NCBI GenBank assembly: GCA_964035575.1
Contig: OZ037846.1
Coordinates: forward strand, 1,240,001 to 1,304,000
Direction of reading: 5' to 3'
Length of the DNA stretch: 64,000 nt
Source: Rhynchopus sp. YZ270_cl-10
Lineage: Eukaryota
Shown here: positions 54,424 to 64,000 of the stretch, piece after piece
Position numbering within the stretch: position 1 is the stretch's first letter
Layout of the letters: every line of letters begins with the position of its first letter
Position numbers and translations under genes: made by a program
The notes under the pieces: generated by a model
The model's input: only the letters and a program-made list of their open reading frames with translations
Databases searched by the model: none
Told to the model about the DNA's origin: nothing

Positions 54424-56179
54424 TCATGCTTCAGGGGTAGATAGGCCTTTTTTTCGGGGGTTTTCTGTATACAGACACAAACTGGAATACGTGATCCCGC
54501 TCGCTCGTGAAGTCAAAATGCTGAACTCCACTCGCTTCGTTCGTGAAGTTTGGTGCCAAAAGGGGGAAATACTCTGCCCTCCCCCTTTAAAGAGTCCCCC
54601 CTTTTTTAATACCCAGCAAGAGATAATAGAATTGACGGAAGGTGCGTGCGTGTATTTGTTTTTATTTTATTCAGTATTTGTTTTTCTCGCCCTCACAACA
54701 CATTTCAGCGAAAAACGCACCGAATTTGTGGAGTGATTCGCGAAAAAGCTTTTTTTTTTCTTTGAAAACTTAGTTGTATTAGTGTAGCCACCGTAGTCTA
54801 GGCTAGAGTGTGCTTCACTATACAAAAAATTTCTTTGTTTGGTATGGCTTGGTCTGGCACGCCCCAAAAATTAAGTCGCTTTTATGTACTTCGTATGTAC
54901 TTCAAAGTATACCAAAGAGCTGCTGGACGTTGTCACACCATTGTTCTCTTTTTATTCAGTTCTCATGTACTGAAACATCACTTTTTATCACTCCACTTTT
55001 TTCTCGTTCAGTGCGCCCCGCATCCCAGTGGGCATCTGCATGTTGTCAACTTCACTTTCCTTTTTATTTACAAATCTGCCATATTGTGGGAGCCAATTGC
55101 GATATCCCTTTCTTTTTCTTTCCACCCACCATTGTTTTCTTTTTATTCAGTTCTCATGTACTGAAACATCACTTTTTATCACTCCACTTTTTTCTCTTTC
55201 AGTGCGCCCCGCACCAGGGGGGGGGGTGTATGCATGTTGTCAACTTTACTTTCCGTTTCATTTAGCAGCACAATATGGCAGATTTACAATCTTCCATACT
55301 ATTATTGTGGGCACCCATTGCGATATCCCTTGCTTCTTCCCATCCCCCTTGTTGTTGTTGTTGTTGTTGTTGTTTAGCCCTGGCGGAACCTGCTGTTTTG
55401 TGTGCACTGGCCGGGTCTTGCGATCCGACTGGTGCCTTTTTTTGCTCGGTGAGCGAGAAACAGAACTTAATCTTGGTGCCTGGGCGGCCCTTTGAGTCAC
55501 CCTTTTTGCGAAGCTTTAGTGGATTTTGTGGCTTTCCCCATTTTATTGACGTTTATTTTTCCCCTCATCGACCCCATTTCTGTGTTCAAGAATGCCTCTG
55601 GTCAGTGGTGATCCTGCTTGCACCGAGCCGTTGCAAGCACACAAGAGGTCATCACGCTGTTCCTCGTGCACGAGGTCGTGGCCGATATCCCAACACTCCT
55701 GCGAACGATGATGGCAACACCTCTGTCATGCACTTTGCTGCATGAATGTTTCAAGGGTTGTCCCGAAGGGGGGAAACGTGGTTATTTGTCTCCTGGAAAA
55801 TACTTTTCCGAAAAGGATATTTTTCGCTATTTTCTCTTTTCTTCTTGCATGAGCTCGACGAGATGCGTTCACGTTTCAACTCCTCTTTTCTTCCTATTTT
55901 TCTTTTCACCCTCGTTTCCCGAAGATTTTTTCTTGTATAGGCTTAGGCGTCGTGCGACGAGCCTTCTCATTCACTTTTTGATGTCTTTTTTATTTTCTAT
56001 TTTTACCAAGAATAAAAAATCAACCCCTAAACACCCCTCCCCCTTGTACCGTGTTCATCTATTTTTATTTTACTTTTTCTTACCACATGGTATGGTTTCC
56101 TTTTTGCTTTTTACTTTTGCCACTTTTTGTTGCAACTCTTTTCTGTTCATTTTTTAAAAAAAAAATTTTTCAACGCTTT

Positions 56180-57748
56180 CAGGGCTCTCAAGATCCTCCA
56201 CGAAAAAAGCAGAATTTTCGAAATGAGGAGGATTCATTTTTGCAAAAAAACCCCCCAAAAAAAAAATTTTCCCCCCGCAACAAGCGGTCGTCGCGCGCTT
56301 CGCGCGCGCCTCCCTGACAGCCACAGAGCGGAGAGGCGGGTCAATTTTGCGAGATAACAAAAAACGGAAATCTAATCCTTTCTCTTGCACCGTACGCTCC
56401 ACGAACCGTACAAAACCCATACGTCTTCCAGAAGCAGGGGCTGATGCAACGGCAGGTAATTTTTAAAAATGGCAAAAATTTTGCAGCTTTGGTCACGTTG
56501 CATTTTTTGGCTGCAAAATGCAAGGGTATCCAAAGACATTGACAACTCTATTTTTTTGCGGAGCAAAAAAATAATATAAATGGCGCCGCAGGCGAAAAAA
56601 AATTGGGGTACGGTGTAAAAATGCTTCCTTTTACACCACAGAATCACTCAACGAACCCTTTTTTTGAGTAGCAAAAAATGAAAATGGCGCCGCAGGCAAA
56701 TTTTTTTTAAGGTGCAGCCCTGGACGGTGCATACAGGCTCGGGAAAATATTGGCTCCCTCGGGGGAGACAAAGTGACCCCCCACTATAAAACCCCTAGGA
56801 GGATAATCCTCCACCAGCCCGCCAAAAAAAAAAAAAAAAAAAAATGGAGGAAATCCTCCACCAAAAAAGCCTGGAAAAAAAAAAAAAAAACAAGTAATTG
56901 CTATCGGAAAAAAAAACGGGGTGTGATGTGGAACTCCATCCTGTAGAAATAATCTACAACACGCCCAGCATTCTGCTCTTCTGCAGGTGTGCTAACGCTC
57001 TTCGTAAGCTGCCAGACCCACTGGGACGCCAGCATCTGAAACGTTCAAGAAGGGGGGCTGTCCTCTTCGTCCAGCACCATCTGCTTGATAGCGTTGTTGG
57101 ACGTCGGCTCGGCAGGCTCGGCGTGTTCCAGCTCGTTTTTGTCCACAGGCTCCCCACATTGTCGTCGTCGTTGGAGCAGTGCGGAAGGAACACAGAATGC
57201 ACAGACTACAACACATCGATCACACCAGGCACATCAGCACCTCCAGCAAATCGCCAGGATGCTACAGTGGTTTCGAAAATCGCGCGGAGTTTTCCACATC
57301 ACACCCGTTTTTCCTTAGCAATTACTTGTCCTTGTTGTTACTGTTGTTTTCAACCACCTTCCTTCAACCCTTGTAGGGATCAGTTGTAATTTTTTTTCGC
57401 GAAAACATGAAATTATACATTTCAAGAGAACAAATTAAAAAGGTTCCTTATTTGCATTTTTGGGCTCCGCCCGTGCAGTGGTGGGGTCAATCTCGAAAAT
57501 TGGACAATTTTTTGACCACTTAATTTTGAGAAATATGAGCCCGGTTGCTTATACGTGGGGCCCATTTTCAGCTAAAATTTTCCTCAAAATCTGGTTTTGT
57601 AAAATTGACCCTTTCCCCCCCCCACATCGATTTCAATACTATACCTTACTTCACCTACGGTTGCCCTTACAGGGGGGGTGAAGGAAGGTAAGTTGAAAAG
57701 CCCCTGGAGGAAATATCCTCCCCTACGTGGAGGATCTTGAGAGCACTG
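56180..57748. mobile_element. hAT non-autonomous element
   Basis: 23-bp TIR CAGKGCTCTCAAGATCCTCCACG; exact 8-bp TSD AACGCTTT (56172-56179 and 57749-57756); subterminal GGAGGA..ATCCTCC palindromes. Confidence 0.92.
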
Positions 57749-57814
57749 AACGCTTTCTTTTCTTTTCTGATCTTTTCTTTTCTATTTTATTTTACTTTTC
57801 ACTTTTTCGGAGAG

Positions 57815-57890
57815 GAACCCTTGCTCCTACTGATGAGATGCTGCCGGGGGTTCAGAGAATGTAGTATAGGAGCAGGCAGCTCGAAACCAC
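57815..57890 (+). ncRNA. Candidate hammerhead ribozyme with non-circularly permuted topology
   Basis: CUGAUGA (57830-57836), GAAA (57883-57886), GUA site (57864-57866). Stem I is 8 bp and perfect, stem II is 8 bp with one bulge, stem III has 4 of 5 bp. Confidence 0.6.
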
Positions 57891-58818
57891 CTTTGCTTTT
57901 ACTTTTACAGTTTTTAGTCAGCCCATTGCCCGCTACTGTAGCGAGGGTCTATGCTACACAACAGGGAAAGGTGTACTGGCTGTACCCTACTTTTTTATTT
58001 TACTTGCAAAAGAACAAAAACAAACCAAAAAAGATTCTTTTTAAATTTACAAAAAAAAGAGGAGACGAAGCTGGTGGATAAAACTCCATCTTTCGATTGA
58101 AAATTATATCTTAATCTTTTTGTATGTTTGTTTGACCGTTGTGAGACACTGACAGGTTGATTGGACCGCGATTTTGGACCGGGAAATTTTTTTTCTGGAT
58201 CCGCTGAAGTTTCCACACAAAAAAAAAATCCCGATTTAGGATAGTGCCTGACTTTCAACTTCTTTCTCTCTCGCTCTCTCTTTCTTTCTCTCCTTTTTCC
58301 CTCCTATTTTTATTTCGTTTTTATTTCACTTAGTAAATGCGAAAAAAATTTCATCCACAAAACTGAAATGAAGCGAAATAAAAAAGCTGGATGGCGAAAC
58401 CCGAAAGCGAGCTCTCCTCGGTTGCCCATTTTACAATTTTTTCAAAAAATGAAAAAGAACAACTCGACTTCTTTTGAAAATTCTGAAAACCCACTTTTTT
58501 TCCAGGGGAAAATTTTTCCGGAAATTTTCCAGACTGAGGAAACAGCCTGGCGTACCGTTTATCTATTGCTACGTGCCCTTTTGTTGTTATTGCGTACCAC
58601 TTGCTTGGGCAAGGTTGGTTGAGGACGTTACGGGGAAATCTCACCACACCACCTTCATCAGTATTTTTTGTGTTGTGTTTCCCCAGTCTCGCCCTCATAA
58701 AACCTCGCTGCCATATTTTTCGGCGCTCCAAAAAAAGACCCCCCCCATATTTTATCCTAAAAACCTAAAACACCCCACACACAACACCCAACACCGTAGG
58801 CACCCTTTCAACACAACA

Positions 58819-60072
58819 ATGCGTTTGTTCACGCTCGCTACGCTCTGCGCCTACGTGGGCGCACTCGATGTACGGATCACAGACGTGGGCGCTGTCGGGG
58901 ACAACGCGACACTCTGCACCACAGCACTGCTGCAGGCCCTGCACACGGTCTCTGCTGCAGGCGGGGGCAATGTGATCGTACCTTACCTTAACCAAAAACC
59001 GGACACATACGTCATCGGAGCAGTCAACCTCACGAGCAACATCAACCTCGTCATCGAACACGGCGCAACACTACGCGGAGCTGCCGACAAGGCTCTCTTC
59101 CCCATCGTTGCGCCACTCCCCTCTTACGGCATCTCCCGCGACACAGCCGGTCCAGACTACGCACGCCATCAAGCGCTTCTCTGGGCACTCAACACCACCA
59201 ACACCACCATCTCCGGAACCGGCACCATCGACGGCAGCGGGCTTTATTGGTGGACCCTCCGCAAAGAAAAGACCCTCGACGCAGGCCGCCCACACCTCAT
59301 TGAGTTTCAATGGTCAAGCAAAATTGAGGTGCGCGATGTGTTTCTCAGGAACTCCCCGTTTTGGACCGTCCATTTGGTGTATAGCGAGGACATCTGGGTG
59401 CATCACGTTAATATCTATGCGCCGGCTGATGTGGTTAACACGGATGGGGTTGATCCAGATTCGTCGAGGAATGTGTTGATTGAATATTGTACGATAGACT
59501 GTGGTGACGACCAGGTTGCGGTGAAGAGCGGAATGGATGCAGCAGGGCTGGCGTATGGAATGCCCTCAGAGAACATTACCATTCAGCACAACACCTTTCT
59601 GCACGGAGATGGGATCAGCTTTGGCTCAGAATGCTCTGGGGGTATATCGGACATATTTGTCTACAACAACACACTCAATAAACAAACCGGAACGGTGTCT
59701 GACGGACTTTACATTAAAACCTCAAAGTCCCGAGGCGGCTACATCAAGAACATCCACTTCAAAGACAACACCTTACAGCATGTGGCTCGGGTGATCAATA
59801 TTCGGACCTCGTATGATGGCCATTCGGGGAACACAACGTTGACAGCGATCCAGAATATTACATATGAGGCCACGACGGCGCGGTTTGTGGGGCAGACGGC
59901 GTTGTTGGATTGCTTTGCTGAGGCGCCCTGTACGGACATCACGTTCCAAGGAATTGATATCGCAAACTTCTCCACCTCCTGGGAAGCGCAGAATGTCCAA
60001 ACCTACAGTGTCTCAGGTGACGTTGTCCCCAGTGGGTTGGAAACTGTCCTGAAGGATTCGATGAAGCGTTGA
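58819..60072 (+). CDS. Secreted glycoside hydrolase family 28 (polygalacturonase/pectinase)
   Basis: Signal peptide MRLFTLATLCAYVGA; DVGAVGD, GTGTIDGSG..WW, NSPFWTVH, NTDGVDPDSS, CGDDQVAVKSG, GISFGSE.SGG, YIKT...RGG. Confidence 0.95.
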   Translation: MRLFTLATLCAYVGALDVRITDVGAVGDNATLCTTALLQALHTVSAAGGGNVIVPYLNQKPDTYVIGAVNLTSNINLVIEHGATLRGAADKALFPIVAPLPSYGISRDTAGPDYARHQALLWALNTTNTTISGTGTIDGSGLYWWTLRKEKTLDAGRPHLIEFQWSSKIEVRDVFLRNSPFWTVHLVYSEDIWVHHVNIYAPADVVNTDGVDPDSSRNVLIEYCTIDCGDDQVAVKSGMDAAGLAYGMPSENITIQHNTFLHGDGISFGSECSGGISDIFVYNNTLNKQTGTVSDGLYIKTSKSRGGYIKNIHFKDNTLQHVARVINIRTSYDGHSGNTTLTAIQNITYEATTARFVGQTALLDCFAEAPCTDITFQGIDIANFSTSWEAQNVQTYSVSGDVVPSGLETVLKDSMKR

Positions 60073-61467
60073 AAAAAAAAATACAGCGAGATTTAGAGAA
60101 AACAGTAACGTTTTGATTTTGCTTTTTCTTTGAGGGTTTTTTTTGGGGGTTCCTCAACTGGATGGGATGTTTCATTGAAGTGCTATCTGAGGGGGGTTCG
60201 ATAACCCCCGTGGAGAAGCAGTGCTCTGCGTCCTGCTGATGAAAACGGTGAGGCGTTCTGCACAATTTTTTTTTCAACGTCTCTTTTATCCAACTACCCG
60301 TTCATTTTACGAACCGCTAGACTGGGGAGATCTCTCCCTTTGAATACCTGACATCACTGAGCTGCGTTTCAGTACGTTGCGACTCTTTTTTTACCTTGAA
60401 AAGGTTCCCTCCTATTTTTTTTGTGTGCAATGTGACTCATCATTCTGTGAACCCGAAACCTTTTCCCCCCCTTTTAGATGTATGTAAGACACATTTTTAT
60501 ATTCTACAAGACAATGCCTGCGTTCTAGTGCATCACCTTCCCCATTTATGTGTTCAGCCCTTCAGACCCCCCTCCGGAAGGAAAACTCATAAAATGTGTG
60601 GTGATTCTTGATGACAAAGTCATCTCTACTTGCTGTACAAAGAACGTTGGGTGCAGACCCTGGTTACCTGTGAGGTGGTTTTATTTTTAAACTTAGTATC
60701 GTATTCTGCTCGAAACCAAATTAACATTGTGTTGTTACGGCATTGACGTTGCCACCTCAACTTTTGAGAATTTGATTGCAGATGTGTGTGCAGAAGCATA
60801 GTCATCTCTCAACTTTTCTTTAATTTTACATGTCTGCATACCCTACATGCCTCCGTTGGCTGCATCGCATCAATCTCAGACGATGCTATCGTAAAGTGAC
60901 GGGCACGTCTTGCACAGAGTACCGTCCCACTGGGAATTGCAGCTGCACAGACAGGATGTCTGCAACCGAGCTTTTGTTGGGAAGATTTTTTTTTCTCAAA
61001 AAGAGGCAAAACAAAACAAAAGGTTAGTTTGGTGCCTGTGTCCAGAGACGTTTGCACCGACCAACCTTTTATTGTTTAGGTTGTTCGTTTGTTTCTTTTC
61101 TTTTCTTTATTGGTGCTAGTCCTGTTCTCTTTTGCTTTGCCGAGGACACCTCTTGGCCTATTGGGACTACCCGTTTTGTTTGTTTGTTTCTTTTTTCTTT
61201 TTTTTTTTTTGTGGTGATCTCCAAGCCTATCATACGTCACACAGGAACCATGACCCTGCATCGCCAAGGATCCTTTCATTCATCCGACGTGAGAGGAAAG
61301 CGGGAGCGGAGCATATTTGATGGGTCCCTCAAAAAATGGATGTGGCATGCATGGGTTGGGTTGTGTCTACCCACACGGTACACCGGGCATTTTTGTACCA
61401 AGGTTGACATTAGTGTCGCTGTGCCTGTATCCAGAATGGGTTTGCACTATATCACTTCCCCCTACCC

Positions 61468-61600
61468 TAATGGTGGCAATATTGTGATGGGAGCCCATTG
61501 GAATACGCAAAATACATCAAAATACATCATGTGGATTGTGATGTATTTTGATGTATTTTGCGTATTCCAATGGGAGCCCATCACAACACTGCCACCATTA
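61468..61600. mobile_element. Palindromic MITE (~60-bp arms, TA ends)
   Basis: TAATGGTGGCA..TTGTGATGGG..CCCATTGGAATACGCAAAATACATCAAAATACATCA, a 9-nt loop, then the reverse complement. Confidence 0.8.
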
Positions 61601-62003
61601 CACCACCCCCCCAACTCACCAACGTAAACGAATTTTCAACATTTCTCCTTTCAAACAGAACCAACTCTTTCGTCTTCTAGACCATCACTCCTCCTCCCCC
61701 TCCTCCCCTTCCCCCAACCCAATCCATTCCTTCAGGTTATTATTACCAACACAAAAATCCTCTCTCTCTCTTTTTCCTCATCTGCTATTTGCCGGATTTT
61801 TTGTGCTTTCATCCAGGGCTACAGAGTGGTCAAGAGGTGCCTTAATATATCAATTACTTTCTGTTTCAAATTGACTGTCCACAAAAAGGCCATCCGACAC
61901 TACTCCGGTCAGCGCTGAAGTGACGGTGAATACCTAGTAAAAAAAGGGGTTTTTGAGCGCTTCTCTGTACACCTCTCATCGCGGTGCTCAAACCGAAAAC
62001 AAT

Positions 62004-63236
62004 ATGGACCTGGCGATCCATTGTTTTGATGGAAGAATCGGCAGTGTTGAGGTAGATGAGGATGATTCCCCGATGGAGCTGCGCGCAAAGATTGCGTTTT
62101 CGCTGGATCTCCGTGAGGACAGCTTTCACATAAACAGCGCTGATGGCGACAACGAGAACATCAACGTCAGACACCTGAGCGCAGGAGACGCCTTGACACT
62201 CAAGGAGACAGCGAAATACGTTGCAGTCTCCGCGCTTCATGCTAGAGGGCAGACCGATCTGACATCAGAGCTTTTGTCAACAGTGCGCGATCCTGCTGTT
62301 GCTTCCTTTCTCTTGCAGGCAGAGGTTTCAACGATAATACCAAACAAATTTCTGGCAAAATCTCCATCATTGCAGATTCTGGATTTAAGCGAAGCGGTAG
62401 GAGTGACTATCATTGAGGCAGATTTTTTGGCAGATTGCTCCGGGTTAAGGTCAATCAATCTGTCAGGTCTGTCTTCCGTTGTTTCGATTGGAAGCGGCTT
62501 TATGGAAAACTGCACTTCAATAAAAAAAATTGATTTGGTACCGTTCCGCTCCCTCGAGTCGATTGGAGACAGCTTTCTTCATGGGTGTACCGCGTTAATG
62601 GAGGTGGGCCTTTCAGATCTGAATGTATCGCATATAGGCCATAATTTTCTCTCAGATTGCACAGCGTTGGAAATGGTTAACCTCTCTGGACTCCGCAGGG
62701 TTGCTTTATTGAAACACAATTTTTTGTCAAATTGCTCTTCTCTCAAGGCGGTGGATCTTTCCGCGTTAAATGAGGTGAGACGGATATGGTATGGATGTCT
62801 CTGTGACTGCAGCGCGTTAGAATCGGTCGATCTATCCGGGTTTGCGAATGTCACGCAAATTGGCGGGAGGTTTCTCGCAGAGTGTAGGTCCCTAAAACAC
62901 ATCAATCTTTCTGCGTTGCGCAACGTCTCGCAAATCGAAGGGAATTTTTTGCGAAACTGCAAGATTTCTAATGTCGTTCTAACCCCTCTGAAGAACGTCA
63001 GCCACGTTGGACACAATTTTATGGAGAATTGCGAGGTTAGGGACATCTCAGAATGTAACGATGTTATTGCGCGGAGTGTACAAAGGGGGAGAAAGAGTGT
63101 TCTTATACGACAGGGTTGCGAGATGACAACACATAAAACCTCTGCATCCGAGCCAGCGCACGATGTGTCCAGGTCCATGTGGTCCCAGGTTCTCGAGGAT
63201 GCCATGTTGTGGGTGGAGCAGCTTTGCCAAGAATGA
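62004..63236 (+). CDS. Ubiquitin-like N-terminal domain + BspA-like leucine-rich repeat protein
   Basis: ~24-aa repeats L..IDLS.L..V..IG..FL..C; N-terminus MDLAIHCFDG...VEVDEDDSPMELRAKI; first ATG at 62004. Confidence 0.88.
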   Translation: MDLAIHCFDGRIGSVEVDEDDSPMELRAKIAFSLDLREDSFHINSADGDNENINVRHLSAGDALTLKETAKYVAVSALHARGQTDLTSELLSTVRDPAVASFLLQAEVSTIIPNKFLAKSPSLQILDLSEAVGVTIIEADFLADCSGLRSINLSGLSSVVSIGSGFMENCTSIKKIDLVPFRSLESIGDSFLHGCTALMEVGLSDLNVSHIGHNFLSDCTALEMVNLSGLRRVALLKHNFLSNCSSLKAVDLSALNEVRRIWYGCLCDCSALESVDLSGFANVTQIGGRFLAECRSLKHINLSALRNVSQIEGNFLRNCKISNVVLTPLKNVSHVGHNFMENCEVRDISECNDVIARSVQRGRKSVLIRQGCEMTTHKTSASEPAHDVSRSMWSQVLEDAMLWVEQLCQE

Positions 63237-63535
63237 AGACGTAGTGTGCGTGGAAGAGTAGTGGGAAGGGCAGTGGGGGTGTGTTTGCAGCCTCCCGGTG
63301 TTGTTTTGTTGTTAAGGGGGGGGTAAAATGGAAGGGAAAAAATGTCACAAAAAAGTGTTTCTGAGATAAAAATGACCCCAAGAAGAGGGGGATCGCGCTT
63401 GGAAATACAACAGGGTTATGGTTTTGGGGATGGAAACGATCCTTTTTTGCTATTATTGTTTGAACATCTCTTGGTCTGTGACTTTTGGATGTCCGGTGAA
63501 GGCATTTCGATCAGGTTTTAATTTCTTTATTTCTT

Positions 63536-64000
63536 GGGAAAAGTCACTTAGTGCCCAAGTTTGTTGTACCCATTTAGGATAATACCCAGTGGGTATTATC
63601 CTAAATTATTTGGGTATTATCCTAAATTATTTTGGGTATTATGGGTACTGGGTACTGGGTACTGGGTACTGGGTACTGGGTACTGGGTACTGGGTACTGG
63701 GTACTGGGTACTGGGTACTGGGTACTGGGTACTGGGTACTGGGTACTGGGTACTGGGTACTGGGTACTGGGTACTGGGTACTGGGTACTGGGTACTGGGT
63801 ACTGGGTACTGGGTACTGGGTACTGGGTACTGGGTACTGGGTACTGGGTACTGGGTACTGGGTACTGGGTACTGGGTACTGGGTACTGGGTACTGGGTAC
63901 TGGGTACTGGGTACTGGGTACTGGGTACTGGGTACTGGGTACTGGGTACTGGGTACTGGGTACTGGGTACTGGGTACTGGGTACTGGGTACTGGGTACTG
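63536..64000 (+). mobile_element. Left end of a Mutator-like element related to 29284, running out of the window
   Basis: GGGAAAAGTCAC terminus and ACCCATTTAGGATAATACCCAGTGGGTATTATCCTAAA subrepeats resemble the TIR at 29284/31251. Confidence 0.7.
63643..64000 (+). repeat. (GGGTACT)n satellite, at least 51 units
   Basis: Direct reading; truncated by the window end. Confidence 0.97.

Larger units (their letters stand above)
55939..58119. mobile_element. Insertion specific to the second duplicate (~600 bp once the nested hAT is removed), carrying a hammerhead-like motif
   Basis: Absent from the paralogous site at ~49760; flanked by TTGTAT (55933-55938 and 58120-58125). Confidence 0.65.

Noticed and set aside
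58474..58818. Upstream in-frame extensions of ORFs (also 24099-24221 and 61953-62003)
   Set aside because: Non-ATG starts in low-complexity DNA; the signal peptides or first domains begin at the downstream ATGs.
63643..64000. (GGGTACT)n as a telomere
   Set aside because: The same unit is internal at 17866-18236, and here it follows a Mutator-like TIR; the window edge is arbitrary.

Overview
This is a eukaryotic, transposon-rich window. Ten intronless protein-coding genes all lie on the + strand. That organisation, together with Pro/Thr-mucin multi-pass proteins, a GH28 pectinase and Ubl-solenoid proteins, suggests a euglenozoan (diplonemid-like) protist; this is inference. The genes are: three paralogous polytopic membrane proteins built from an 8-TM module with four hypervariable loops and a polyQ tail; an alpha2delta/CACHD1-like VWA-Cache protein; an ankyrin-repeat protein; a Ubl-beta-propeller protein; two LamG/mucin-stalk/~8-TM paralogues with identical C-termini; a GH28; and a Ubl-LRR protein. 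Intergenic DNA is a nest of non-autonomous DNA transposons whose TIRs and TSDs can be read directly (Mutator-like 9 bp, hAT 8 and 5 bp, piggyBac TTAA, Harbinger TTA, Tc1/pogo TA), plus GTAC-based satellites and GNA-triloop hairpin arrays. Highlights: (1) a candidate hammerhead ribozyme with a non-circularly permuted strand order at 57815-57890, inside a small insertion; (2) one internal cargo sequence carried by four unrelated TIR wrappers, three of them with their own homogenised 8-mer satellite; (3) CDR-like loop diversification in the 8-TM gene family.
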